Program-made: the position numbers and the translations under genes
Notes under the pieces: generated by a model
Told to the model about the DNA's origin: nothing
Seen by the model: only the letters and a program-made list of their open reading frames with translations
Databases searched by the model: none
Assembly: GCF_009914755.1 (NCBI RefSeq)
Contig: NC_060928.1
Strand: one strand, 5' to 3'
Length of the DNA stretch: 64,000 nucleotides
Origin: the human T2T-CHM13v2.0 reference genome, Homo sapiens
Part shown: positions 1 through 12,894 of the stretch, in pieces
Numbering within the stretch: the first letter of the stretch is position 1
Layout of the letters: each line of letters opens with the position of its first letter

Positions 1-22
1 GACCAACGTGAAAATTATTTAA

Positions 23-248
<226 letters not shown>

Positions 249-984
249 ATCTCTTATATTTTAATTAATTTTAAATAAAAAGGCCTCAGGATCTCAAGAT
301 GTATACATCATGAGTTCCTTCTTTTAAACATGTAATTACAGGTGTATATAGTATGTGTGTGTATATATATATATTTGTATATCACAATATTTCTGAGTAA
401 TAGCATATTGCCATTATATATTATACATAGAAAATATATGACTTATATTGACAAGATATTTTTGTTTAACACAATTAGGAAATTTATATGAGGCTGCATA
501 GGTCAAATTACACACATTTAAGTTTTTCATGAGAAAGCTTTTTATTTATGGCATGTACTTAAGTGATCAGAACCAGGGCTGACTATGTTCATATTTCCAC
601 CACATGTTATACCTATATCCATTCGATATTTTTTGTTTGAGCATTTTTACATGACTTTTTAACATGAAAATGAGAAGCATATACCTAAGAATAGGAAATG
701 GCCCTCTGAGATCCCAAAATAGGATAGAGACTTGCAACAAAGCACTTGAACTATGTAACTCTCCAGAGATTTTACCATTTGAAATTTGAGGTAATGACAT
801 GCAAATTTCACTGCCAGTGACACTTTTCACTTGAGAATTGACATGTATAAAAATCAGCTATTTTGTTATATGAAAAAAATAAACTTCACCTACTACTATA
901 CCAACTTTCCGTCACAGCGTTACCATTTTTGGTAATATTGAGTTTATATTGCATTTTACTAAGAAAGAAGTGTTTTTTACTAAA

Positions 985-1078
985 ACATTTATTGACATAT
1001 AATAAGCATGCAGAAAATTGCATAAATCTTAAATATATTGAATCATTCCGATTTTTAGTATGTGAAACTGCATGTATT
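985..1078 (-). mobile_element. Old L1M (L1MD/L1ME-like) 3' end fragment
   Basis: TTTATTGACATATAATAAGCATGCAGAAAATTGCATAAATCTTAA resembles the reverse-complement L1MD/ME terminus. Confidence 0.45.
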
Positions 1079-1348
1079 TAAATATTTTATGCGGCTTGTA
1101 AAGTTGTCAAATTCTTTGATAATATGATAAAAATATAAGATAAACACTCTAAAATGGTATTGCATAACAAACTCACTGATCAGGACAGCCACATTACACG
1201 TAACAAGAATATTTAATATTCTTTTTTCAGTTACTGTAAATAAGAAAACAGTATCTTTATAGATCAGAAGATAGCTTTTGCTTTGTGGTTAACAGAGCTG
1301 TAATCTGCCAGTTGTAAGAATAAATAAAACCTCTTAATAGAATTTTGA

Positions 1349-1552
1349 TCACAGGAAGGGGAATATCACACACTGGGGCCTGTCGGGGCTGGGGGGCAAG
1401 GGGAGGGAGAGCATTAGGGCAAATACCTAAAGCATGAGGGGCTTAAAACCTAGATGACGGGTTGATAGGTGCAGCAAACCACCATGGCACATGTATACCT
1501 ATGTAACAACCCTGCACATTCTGTACATGTATCCCAGAACTTTTTTTAAAAG
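1349..1552 (+). mobile_element. L1PA (PA7/8-like) 3' UTR fragment
   Basis: G-rich tract plus GGGGCTTAAAACCTAGATGACGGGTTGATAGGTGCAGCAAACCACCATGGCAC; 11-bp TSD TAGAATTTTGA at 1338-1348 and 1553-1563. Confidence 0.93.
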
Positions 1553-1604
1553 TAGAATTTTGAAAAGATTTTTTAATGCTTTTCTTTACCTTGATATTGA
1601 TAGA

Positions 1605-1780
1605 AATAATACTACTACTAGCAAGCATTTCTTGATGTTATTGTGTACCTTGTTCATCATAGGGTTGCTATATTGCATATATTAATATATGCAGAGGGCG
1701 TATATTAACTCATTAAGCAATATAGCAACCCTATGATGTAGCTATTGACATTATCTTGGTTGTACTAGCTAATACATGGA
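1605..1780 (-). mobile_element. MIR fragment carrying an inverted duplication
   Basis: TATATTAACTCATTAAGCAATATAGCAACCCTATGATGTAG matches the reverse MIR core (TATTAACTCATTTAATCCTCACAACAACCCTATGAGGTAG). Confidence 0.6.
1655..1738. repeat. Inverted repeat / hairpin with perfect 22-bp outer arms
   Basis: CATCATAGGGTTGCTATATTGC (1655-1676) is the exact reverse complement of 1717-1738; perfect 20-bp palindrome at 1674-1693. Confidence 0.95.
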
Positions 1781-1865
1781 CAAATCTAACTCTAATCTAA
1801 TACTAGAAATATTCTTTTTTACCCATAGTATTATACCTCCTGGGGCATTAAAAAGCTCAGGTCTT

Positions 1866-2061
1866 AAGTGTAGATTTGCTATTTGATCCAGCAATCCTAA
1901 TACTGGGTATCTACTCAAAGGAAAAGAAGTCATTACATGAAAAAGACAGATGCACATGCATGTTTATAGCAGCACAATTTGCAATTGCAAAAATATGGAA
2001 CCATCCTAAATGCTTATCTACCAATGAGTGGATAAAGAAAATGTTATATATATATATAAAC

Positions 2062-2096
<35 letters not shown>

Positions 2097-2457
2097 CCAT
2101 GAATACTACCCAGCCATAAAAAGGAGCAAAATAATGTCTTTTGCAGCAACTTAGATGGAGCTGGAGGCATTATTCTAAGTGAAGTAACTCAGGAATGGTA
2201 AATCAAATACTGTATATTCTCACTTGTAAGTGAGAGCTGATCCAAGGGGACACAAAATCATACAGAGTGATATAATGGCCTTTTGGGACCAGCGGTAGGG
2301 GGAGGTTGGGAGGAGGGTGAGGGATAAAAGACTACCTACTGGGTGCAGTGTAAACCATTCAGGTGATGAGTGCACTAAAATATCAGAATTCACTACCAAA
2401 GAACATATCCATGTAACCAAAAACCACCTGTACCCCAAAAACTATTGAAATAGAAAC
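1866..2457 (+). mobile_element. L1PB 3' fragment (ORF2 C-terminus + 3' UTR)
   Basis: ORF 1876-2073 (FDPAILILGIY...MFIAAQFAIAKIWNHPKC) is the L1 ORF2p C-terminus; L1PB-type 3' UTR; TSD AAAGCTCAG(G/T)TCT at 1852-1864 and 2458-2470. Confidence 0.92.
2063..2096. repeat. (GATA)n microsatellite
   Basis: About eight TAGA units inside the L1PB, preceded by a (TA)n run. Confidence 0.95.
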
Positions 2458-2854
2458 AAAGCTCAGTTCTTCCTGACAACTATAATTTCTGATATTCTAA
2501 TTAACATAATAAAAGATACATCAAAACTTTTAGATGTACGTCTAACATTTTGGCCATTTCTTTTCATTCTTGTGTGTATTTATACATGCACAGAGGCATA
2601 CACACATATATAATAAATCTATACTTTAAGTCAAATATCACTTTAGAGATTTGTTAACCAGTCATTTCATTCTGTAGATTGTAACTAACGCCCATAATGG
2701 CATACGTTTTTAGCTGAGTTAGCAGGGTCAGGAGTAGAACTGTTTTCCTCATATTAGTTACAGCACATTTTTGTATTATGGTGGCCATTAAATCATTGTA
2801 ATTGTATTTATTTATATGTGATATATAATATCAAGCAAAACTTTGAATCCACAT

Positions 2855-3221
2855 TGTATTAGTCTGTTCTCACACTGCTAATAAAGACATACCTGAGACT
2901 GAGTAATTTATAAGGAAAAAAGAGGTTTAATGGACTCACAGTTCCATATGGCTGGGGAGTCCTCACATTCATGGTGAAAGGTAAAAGGCACATCTTACAT
3001 TGCAGCAGGCAAGAGAGAGAGAATGAGAGCCAAGTGAAAGGGGAAACCCCTTGTAAAAACATCAGATCTCATGAGACTTATTCACTACCACAAAACGGTA
3101 TGGGTGAAACTGCCCCCATGATTCAGTTATCTCCAACTGGGTCCCTCCCATAACATGTGAGAATTATGGGAACTACAAATTCAAGAAGAGATTTGGGTGG
3201 GGACACAGCCAGATCATATCA
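2855..3221 (-). mobile_element. THE1 (THE1B-like) MaLR solo LTR
   Basis: TGTATTAGTCTGTTCTCACACTGCTAATAAAGACATACC...GGGACACAGCCAGATCATATCA; TG/CA ends; 5-bp TSD CACAT on both sides. Confidence 0.95.
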
Positions 3222-3276
3222 CACATGAAAAAGTTCTCTAATGAGTATGAAGAGCGATGAAATATAATTTTATTAC

Positions 3277-3694
3277 TGTATTAGTCTGTTTGAGTCACTC
3301 TAAAGGAATATATGAGGCTGCGAAATTATTTATAAAGAGAAAAGGTTTAATTGGCTCATGGTTCTGCAGGCTGCATAGGAAGCATGGTACTGGCATCTGC
3401 CTCTGGTGAAGGTATCGGGAAGCACACAATTGTGGTGGAAGGAAAAGGAGGAGTGGGCATATGTCACATGGTGAGAGGGGGAGCAAGGGAGCACAAGGGG
3501 AGGTGCCACACCCTTTTAAAGAACCAGATCTCACATGAACTCAGAGTGAGGACTCACTCATCACCAAGCAGACGGCACTAAGCCATTCATGAGAGATCCA
3601 CCGTCATGATCCAAACTTCCCACAAGGTCCCACCTCCAACTGGGGATAGCATTTCAACATGAGATTTGAAGGGACAAACACCAAAACTATATCA
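3277..3694 (-). mobile_element. MST (MSTB-like) MaLR solo LTR
   Basis: TGTATTAGTCTG...GGCTCATGGTTCTGCAGGCTGCATAGGAAGCATGG...CAAAACTATATCA; TSD ATTAC/ACTAC. Confidence 0.9.
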
Positions 3695-4630
3695 ACTACT
3701 TTGGCAAAATATAGGTCCCTAAATACATTTAGATGAATTTGTGTATCATACAGTCAACCCCAGTACTGATATAATGATAATGAAGTGAGAATATTCTTGA
3801 GATTTTAAGGTTATTTTTTAAAACCTTGTTTTTAATGATATCTATGGAAAATATAAACCTGGACTTAGTGATACCTAATTTTTTTTCTTTCTTCATTCTC
3901 AGAAGACTAGAAATGCTTTCCAGCTGAAATAGTATCTATGATTGTCAACCCTTCCTCTGCAAGGGTGAAAAAAATTAACCATGGATTTGTAACTGATCTA
4001 TAACTTTTCCACATATCATAAGGCTAATTGGATGTTCATTATTTATCTCTGAAGTTCTTTTCCAAAGAAGATTCTATTAAATGTTCCTTTAGCACATTAT
4101 ATTTGAGGTCCGGTGGGGGGAAACTTATTTCATAGTCATGTCCTATAAAAGGCTAAACTAACACAAAAATATACTTGGATTAAACTCTTGTATTTCATAT
4201 AAGAAACACATCTTGGATTCATCAAATGAAGTAGCACATCCAAGAAAATTCTGAGTTTACTAAAATACTAAGATTAATGCTATTTTCACATACTGAGAAG
4301 TAAATATGCCTTCATTGTATTACCTCAAGTGATAATTAATATCAGACAGGTTAATTCTTAGTATTAAGCTATAAGCAAAGCTTTAATTAGTGAGATCTCA
4401 CAGAATTGCAAAAGAACTACTTGTTAATTGGAAGAAAGAAAAAATTAGGGTCCATTAAAATATTTTAAATATAAAGCATGAGCTTTAATTGTGAACTTGA
4501 TGTAAAATAGACCTTCACCTCTTTTGTTCACTACTCTATTGTAAACTCTCAGAATGGGATTGGCATAGAGTAGCTATTTGAATAATATTCATTGTATGAA
4601 TGAATAAGCTTAAGTTTTTGTTGTATTACT

Positions 4631-7600
4631 TTTTTTTATTGTATGTTAAGTTCTGGGGTACATGTGCACAACGTGCAGGTTTGTTACATAGATATACATG
4701 TGCCGCATTGGTTTGCTGCACCCATCAAGTTATCATTTACATTAGGTGTTTCTCCCTAATGCTATCCCTCCCCCAGCCCCCTACCCCCTGACAGGCCCCT
4801 GTGTGTGATGTTCCCCTCCCTGTGTCCATGTGTTCTCATTGTTCAGCTCCCACTTATGAGTGAGAACACATGGTGTTTGGTTTTCTCTTCTTGTGTTACT
4901 TTGCTGAGAATGATGGTTTCCAGTTTCATCCATGTCCCTGCAAAGGACATGAACCATTCCTTTCTTATGGCTGCATAGTATTCCGTAGTGTATATTGCCA
5001 CATTTTCCTTATCCAGTCTATCATTGATGGGCATTTGGGTTGGTTCCAAGATTTTGCTATTGTGAACAGTGCTGCAATAAATGTATGTGAGCATGTATCT
5101 TTATAGTAGAATGATTTATAATGCTTTGGATATATACCCAGTAATGGGATTGCTGGGTCAAATGGTATTTCTGGTTCTAGATCCTTGAGGAATTGCCACA
5201 CTGTCTTCCACAATGGTTGAACTAATTTACACTGCCACCAACAATGTAAAAGCGTTCCTATTTCTCCACATCCTCTCCAACATCTGTTGTTTCCTGACAT
5301 TTTAATGATCACCATTCTAACTGGCGTGAGATGGTATCTCATTGTGGTTTTGATTTGCATTTCTCTAATGACCAGTGATGATGAGCATTTTTTTCTTAAG
5401 TTTGTTGGCTGTGTAATTGTCTTCTTTTGAGAAGTGTCTGTTCATATACTTTCCCCATTTTTTGGTGGGGTTGTTTGTTTTATTCTTGTAAATTTGTTTA
5501 AGTTCTTTGTAGATTCTGGATATTAGCCCTTTGTCAGATGGATAGATTGCAAAAATTTTCTCCCAATCTGTAGGTTGCCTGTTTACTCTGCTGATAGTTT
5601 CTTTTCCTGTGCAGAAGCTCTTAGGTTTAATTAGATCCCATTTGTCTACTTTGGCTTTTGTTGCCATTGCTTTTGGTATTTTAGTCATGAAGTCTTTGCC
5701 CATGCCTATGTCCTGAATGATATTGCCCAGGTTTTCTTCTAGGGTTTTTATGGTGCTAGGTCTTACATTTAAGTCTTTAATCCATCTCGAGTTAATTTTT
5801 TATAAGGTGTAAGGAAGGGATCCAATTTCAGCTTTTTGCATATGGCTAGCCAGTTTTCCCAGAACCATTTATTAAATAGGGAATCCTCTCCCCATTGCTA
5901 GTTTGTGTCAGGTTTGTCAAAGATCAGATGGTTGTAGATGTGTGGTGTTATTTCTGAGGCCTCTGTTCTGTTCCATTGGTCTATATATCTGTTTTGGTAC
6001 CAGTACCATGCTGTTTTGGTTACTGTAGCCTTGTAGTATAGTTTGAGTCAGGTAGCATGATGCCTCCAGCTTTGTTCTTTTTGCTTAGGATTGTCTTTGC
6101 TATGTGGGCTCTATTTTTGGATCATCTGAAATTTAAAGTAGTTTTTTTTTCCAATTCTGTGAAGAAAATCAATGGTAGATTTATGGGGATAGCATTGAAT
6201 CTATAAATTACTTTAAGCACTATGGCCATTTTCACAATATTGATTCTTCCTATTCATGAGCACAGAATGTTCTTCCATTTGTGTCCTCTTTTATTTCCTT
6301 GAACAGTGGTTTGTAGTTCTCCTTGAAGAGGTCCTTCATATCCCTTGTAATTTGGATTTCTAGGTATTTTATTCTCTTTGTAGCAATCGTGAGTGGGAGT
6401 TCACTCATGATTTGGCTCTCTGTGTTTGTTATTGCTGTATAGGAATGCTTCTGATTTTTGCACATTGATTTTGTATCCTGAAGTTTGCTGAAGCTGCTTA
6501 TCAGCTTGAGATTTGGGGCTGAGACAATGGGGTTTTCTAAGTATACAATCATGTCATCTGCAAACAGGAATTAATTTATTTCTTCTAGATTTTCTAGTTT
6601 ATTTGCATAGAGGTGTTTATAGTATTCTCTGATGGTAGTTTGTATTTCTATGGGATAAGTGGTGATATCCCCTTCATATTTTTTTTGCATCTATTTAATT
6701 CTTCCCTCGTTTCTTCTTTATTAGTCTGGCTAGCAGTCTATTTATTTTGTTATCTTTTCAAAAAACCAGATCCTGAATTTATTGATTTTTTTGAAGGGTT
6801 TTTTATGTCTCTATCTCCTTCAGTTCTGCTCTGATCTTAGTTATTTCTTGTCTTCTGCTAGCTTTTGGATTTGTTTGCTCTTGCTTCTCTAGTTCTTTTA
6901 ATTGTGATGTTAGGCTTTCAATATTAGATCTTTCCTGCTTTCTCTTGTGGGCATTTAGTGTTATAAATTTCCCTCTTAATACTGCTTTAGCTGTGTCCTA
7001 TAGATTCTGGTACGTTGTGTATTTGTTCTCATTGGTTTCAAAGAACATCTTTATTTAGTTATATACCCAGTAGTCATTCAGGAGCAGGTTGTTCAGTTTC
7101 CATGTAGTTGTGCAGTATTGAGTGAGTTTCTTAATCTTGCAGTATAATTTGATTGCAATGTGGTCTGAGAGACACTTTGTTGTGATTTCTGCTCTTTTAC
7201 ATTTGCTGAGGAGTGTTTTACTCCCATTTATGTGGTCAATAATTTTAGGTACACCAATCACACGTAGATTTGGTCTTTTCACAGAGTCCCATATTTCTTG
7301 GAGGCTTTGTTTCTTTTCACTCTTTTTTCTCTGATCTTGTCTTCTTGCTTTATTTCATTCAGTTGATTTTCAATCACTGATATCCTTTGTTCCACATGAT
7401 CAATTCGGCTATTGAAACTTGTGTATGCTTCACCAAGTTCTTGTGCTGTGTTTTTCAGCTCCATCAGGTCATTTATGTTCTTCTTTACACTGGTTATACT
7501 AGTTAGCTATTTGTTTAACCTTTTTTCAAGTTTGTTAGCTTCCTTGTGTTGGGTTAGGACATGCTCCTTTAGCTTGGAGGAGTTTGTTATTACCCACCTT

Positions 7601-8886
7601 CTGAAGCCTACTTCTGTCAATTCGTCAAACTCATACTCCATCCAGTTTTGTTCACTTGCTGGTGGGGAGTTGTGATCCTTTGGAAGAGAAGAGGCATTCT
7701 GGTTTTTGGAATTTTCAGCTTTTCTGCCCTGGTTTCTCCCCATCTTTGTGGTTTTATCTACCTTTTGTCTTTGATGTTGGTGACGTACAGTTGGGGGTTT
7801 TGTGTGCATGTACTTTTTGTTGATGTTGATGCTATTCCTTTCTGTTTGTTAATTTTTCTTCTAACAGTCAGGCCCCTTAGCTGCAGGTCTGTTGGAGTTT
7901 GCTGGAGGTCCACTCCAGACCCTGTTTGCCTGAGTATCACCAGTGGAGGCTGCAGAACAGCAAATATTGCTGCCTGATCCTTCCTCTGGAAGCTTCATCC
8001 CAGAGGGACACCTACCAGATGCCAGCCAGGGCTCTCCTGTATGGGGTGTCTGTTGGCTCCTACTGGGAGATGTCTCCCAGTCAGGCTACACGGGGGTCAG
8101 GGTCCCACTTGAGGAGGTAGTCTGTTTGTTATCAGAGCTTGAATGCTGTGCTGGGATAACCACTGCTCTATTCAGAGCTGTCAGGCAGGGACATTTACAT
8201 CTGCTGAAGCTGTGCCCACAGCTGCCCCTTCCCCCCAGGTGCTCTGTCCCAGGGAGATGAGGGTTTTATCTATAAGTCCCTGACTGGGGCTGCTGCCTTT
8301 TGTTCAGAGATGCCCTGCCCACAGAGGTGGAATCTAGAGAAGCAGTCGGCCTTGCTGAGCTTCAGTGGGCTCTGCCCAGTTTGAACTTCCCTGCAGCTTT
8401 GTTTACACTGTGAGCGTAAAACCACCTACTCAAGCCTCAGCAATGGTGGACACCCCTCCTCCAGCCAAGCTCCAGTGTCCCAGGTCAATCTCAGACTGCT
8501 GAGCTAGCAGCTAGAATTTCAAGCCAATGGACCTTAGCTTGCTGGGCTCTGTGGGCATGGGACCCACCGAGCCAGGCACTGGAGGGAATCTCCTGGTCTG
8601 CTGGTTGCGAAGACTGTGGGAAAAGTGCAGTATCTGGGCAGCAGTGTACCATTTCTCCTGGTAGGGTCTCTCAGGGCTTCCCCGACCCCTTGCATTTCTC
8701 GATTGAGGTGACACCCTGCCCTGCTTCGTCTCGCCCTCCATGGGCTGCACCCTCTGTCCAACCAGTCTCATTGAGATGAACCAGGTACCTCAGCTGGAAA
8801 TGCAGAAATCACTCATCTTCTGCATCAATCCCGCTGGGAGCTGCAGACCAGAGATGTTCCTATTCAGCCATCTTGCCAGAAATCCC
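4631..8886 (-). mobile_element. L1PA7/8-like element, both ends present, about 2 kb deleted internally, ORFs disrupted
   Basis: 5' UTR start with YY1 motif near 8870; ORF1p N-terminus (MGRNQGRKAENSKNQ, ATG at 7743); ORF2p C-terminal fragments (4965-5703); 3' UTR and T tail; TSD TGTATTACT at 4622-4630 and 8887-8895; deletion junctions near 6567 and 7246. Confidence 0.96.
8867..8875 (-). promoter_or_regulatory. L1 5' UTR YY1 site (CAAGATGGC)
   Basis: Plus-strand GCCATCTTG about 12-20 nt from the L1 5' end, the canonical position in the L1 internal promoter. Confidence 0.8.
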
Positions 8887-9190
8887 TGTATTACTATTTT
8901 TTATGAGACGATTCTGTGCAATATTTGACCATTTACCTAAGAGACATTTTTCTTAAAACTTTAAAACATAAAAATTATGTTGCAGGCTTAATCCCATATA
9001 TTAGGAAAAATAATATATTAGTAAAATATTAGGAAATTAGATAAATATGTTAATGTAACTAGGGCATAAAGAGACTTCCTAATAAAGGAAAAATAGAATT
9101 TTCTCATAAATATATAAACAGGTATAATCTTAAAACTAATGAATAAAATGAGAAAATGAATAAAAGAAAACATAACTGTATGACATACAG

Positions 9191-12100
9191 TTTTTTTAAC
9201 TTTTAAGTTCAGGGTATAAATGCAGGGTTTGTTACACAGGTAAATGTGTATAATGGGGGTTGGTTGTGCAGATTATTTTATTACCCAGGTATTAAGCCTA
9301 GTACCCATTAGTTATTTTTTTCTGATCATCTCCCTTTTCCCACCTTCCACCCTCTGAAAGGCCCCAGTGTTTGTTGTTCTCTTCTATGTGTCCACATGTT
9401 CTCATCATTTAGCTCCCTCTTGTAAGTGAGAACATGCCATATTTGGTTTTCTGTTCTTGCATTAGTTTCGTAAGAATAATTTCCTCCAGCTGCATCCACA
9501 TGCTTGCAAAGTACATGATCTTGTTCTTTTTATGGCTGTCTAGTATTCCATGGTTTATATGTACCACATTCTCTTTATGCAGTATACCATTGATGGGCAT
9601 TTAGGTTAATTTCATATCTATGCTATTGTGAATAGTGCTGCAATGAACACACATGTGCATGTGTCTTTATATTAGAATGATTTCTACTCCTTTGGGTATA
9701 TACCCAATTATGAGATTGCTGGGTCTAATCGTATTTCTGTCTTTAGGTCTTTGAGGAATCATCACACTGTCTTCCACAATAGCTGAACTAATACACATTC
9801 CCACCAACAGTGCATAAGAGTTCCTTTTTCTCTGCAACCTCACCAGCATTTATTATTTTTTGACTTTTTAATATTCATGATAGCCATTTTGAGTGTTGTT
9901 AGATGGTATCTCATTGTGGTTTTGATTTGTATTTCTCTAATGATCAGTAATGTTGAGCTTTTCTCATATGATTGTTGGCTGCATGTATGTCTTCTTTTGA
10001 GAAGTATTTGTTCATGTCCTTAGCCCACTTTTTTATGGGGTTGCTTGTTTCTTTCTTGTAAATTTAAGTTTCTTATAGATGCTGAGTATTACACTTTTGT
10101 TGGATGCATATTTTGCAAATATTTTCTCCCATTCTGTAGTTCGTCTGTTGATAATTTCTTTTGCTGTGCAGAAACTCTTTTGTTTAATTAGATCCATTGT
10201 CGATTTTTGCTTTTGGTGTCTTCCTCATTAAATCTTTGTTCGTGCCTATATCCAGAATGATATTGCCTAGGTTGTTTTCCAGGGTTTTTATAGATTTGGA
10301 TTTTACATTGAAGTCTTTAATTAATCTTGAGTTAATTTTTGTAGATGGTGTAAGGAAGGTGTCCGGTTTCAATCTTCTGCATATGTCTAGCCAGTTATAC
10401 CAGCACCATTTATTGAATAGGGAATCCTTTTCCCATTTCTTGTGCTTGTTATGTTTTTTGAAGTCAGGCAGTTCTAGGTGTGCAGACTTATTTCTGGATT
10501 CTCCATTCTGTTTGATTGGTCCATGTGTCTGTTTTTGTACAAGCACCACACTGTTTTGGCTACTGTAGCCCTGTAGTATAATTTAAAGTTGGGTAGTGTG
10601 ATGCCTCCAGCTTTGTTCTTTTTGCTTAGGATTGCCTTGGCTATTATGGCTGTTTTCTGGTTCCATATGAATTATAAAATAGTTTTCTCTAGTTCTGTGA
10701 ATCATGTCAATGGTAGTTTAACAGGAATAGCATTGAATCTATAAATTGCTTTGGACAGTTTGGCCATTTTAAAGATGTTAATTATTAGTATCCATGAGCA
10801 TGGATGCTTTTCCATTTATGTTATCTGTGATTCTTTTGAATAGTGGTTTGTAGTTCTCCTTGTTTAAGTCTTTCACCTCCTTAGTTAGCTGTATTCCTAG
10901 TCATTTTATTATTTTTCTGGCAATTGTGAATGGGAGTACATTTCTGATTTGGTTCTTGGCTTGACTGTTGTTGGTTTATAAGAATGTTAGTGATTTTTGC
11001 ACATTGGTTTTGTATCCCGAGACTTTGCTAAAGTTGTTTATCAGCTTAAGAAGCTTTTGGGCTGAAACTTTGGGGTTTTCTAGATATAGAATCATGTCTT
11101 CTGCAAACGGAGATAGTTTGACTTCCTTCCTATTTGAATGCCTTTATTTCTTTCTCTTGCCTGATTGGCCTGGCCAGAACTTCCAATACTATGTTGAGTA
11201 GGAGTGTTGAGAGAAGGCATCCTTCTCTTGTGTCGGTGTTCAAGGGGAATGCTTCCAGTTTTTGTCTATTCAGTATAATATTGACTGTGGGCTTGTCAGA
11301 GATGGTTCTTCTTATTTTGAGGTATGTTGCTTTATTGAGAGTTTTTAACTTGCAGGGATGTTGAATTTTATCAAAGGCCTTTTTTGCATCTATTTAGATG
11401 ATCAGGTGGCTTTTGTCTTTAGTTCTGTTTATGTTATGAATCACATTTATTGATTTGTGTGTGTTGAACCAAACTTGCATCCCGGGGATGAAGCCTACTT
11501 GATCATGGTGGATAAGCTTTTTGATATTCTGCTGGATTTAGTTTGCCAGTATTTTGTTGAGGAATTTTGCATTCATGTTCATCAAGGATATTAGCCTGAT
11601 GTTTTCTTTTCTTGTTGTATCTCTGCAAGGTTGTGATATCAGAATTATGCTGTCCTCATAGAATGAGTTAGCGGGGAGTCTCTTATCAATATTTTGAAAT
11701 AGTTTCAGTAGGAATGGTACGAACTCTTTTTTGTACACCTGGTAGAATTCAGCTGTGAATCTGTTTGGTACCATGTTTTTGTTGTCATTGTTGTTTGTTT
11801 CTGTTTGTTTGTTTGTTTTGATAGGCTATTTATTGCTGCCTTAATTTTAGAACTCATTACTGGTCTGTTCAAGGATTCAATTTCTTCCTGGTTCAGTCTT
11901 CGAAAAGTGTGTATGTTCAGGAATGTATCCATTTCTTCTAGTTTCCAGTCTGTGTGCATGGATATGTTCATAATATACTCTAATGGTTTGTTTGTATCAC
12001 TGTGGGCTCAGTGGTAATATCTCTCTTGTCATTTCTGATTGGGTTTATTTGACTCTTCTCTCTTTTCATCTTTGTTAGCCTAACTAGTGGTCCATCTATC

Positions 12101-12894
12101 TTATTAATTTTTATTAAGAAACAGCTCCTGGATTCATTGATCTTTTGAATGAATTTTCATGTCTCTGTCTCCTTCAGTTTAGCTCTAATTTTTGTTATTG
12201 TCTTCTGCTAGCTTCGGGATTTCTTTACTCTTGATCCTCCAGTTCTTTAAGGTGTGATGTTAGGTTGGTAAATTGAGATATTTCCAGCTTTTTGATGTGC
12301 ACATTTAGTGCTATAAATTTCCCTGTTAACACTGCCATAGCTGTCTTCCAGAGATTCTGGTATGTTGCATCTTTGTTCTCATTATTTTCAAAGAACTTGA
12401 TTTTTGCCTTAATTTCATTATTTACCTAAAAATCATTCTGTAGCAGGTTATTTAATTTCCATGTATTTGTATAGTTTTGTGTGCATTTTTTAGTCTTGAT
12501 TTCTAATTTGGTTGTGCTGTGGTCTGATACATTGTTTGCTATGATTTCTGTTCTTTTGTATTTGCTGAGAAGTGTTTTACTTCCAGTTATTTCATTTTAG
12601 AGCAAGGGCCATGTGGTGATGAGAAGAGTGTATATTCTATTGGTTTTGAGTCAAGAGTTCTGTAGGTATCTATCAGATCCATTTGATTCAGAGCTGAGTT
12701 CATGCCCTGAATATCTTTGTTAATTTTCTGTCTCATTGATCAGTCAAATCTTTTTACTAGAGTGTTAAAGTCTCCCACAATTAGTGTGTGGGAGTTTAAA
12801 TCTCTTTGACAGTCTCTGAGATCTTGCTTTATAAATCTGGTTGCTCCTGTGTTGGATTCACGTATATTTAGATCTTATTGAATTGAACCCTTTA
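9191..12894 (-). mobile_element. 5'-truncated L1PA (PA12-14-like), decayed ORF2
   Basis: Continuous reverse L1 3' UTR and ORF2 (e.g. [10 protein letters not shown] at 10184-10549, [12 protein letters not shown] at 11538-11774), ending within the endonuclease region; internal (TTTG)n near 11775-11820. Confidence 0.93.

Noticed and set aside
1205-1223. Short AT-rich palindromes (also 35448-35470 and near 44710)
   Set aside because: Arms of 7-9 bp are expected by chance in DNA this AT-rich.
1375-1408. G-quadruplex-like G runs
   Set aside because: This is the ordinary L1 3' UTR polypurine tract.
6555-7260. Spliced L1 retrocopy as the explanation for the deletions
   Set aside because: Junctions show CCTG and CT microhomology, and the recalled consensus gives no fitting GT...AG pairs.
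4843-7809. ORFs with real protein similarity (L1 ORF1p and ORF2p pieces)
   Set aside because: Fragments of a dead L1 with stops, frameshifts and loss of much of the RT domain; not a functional CDS.
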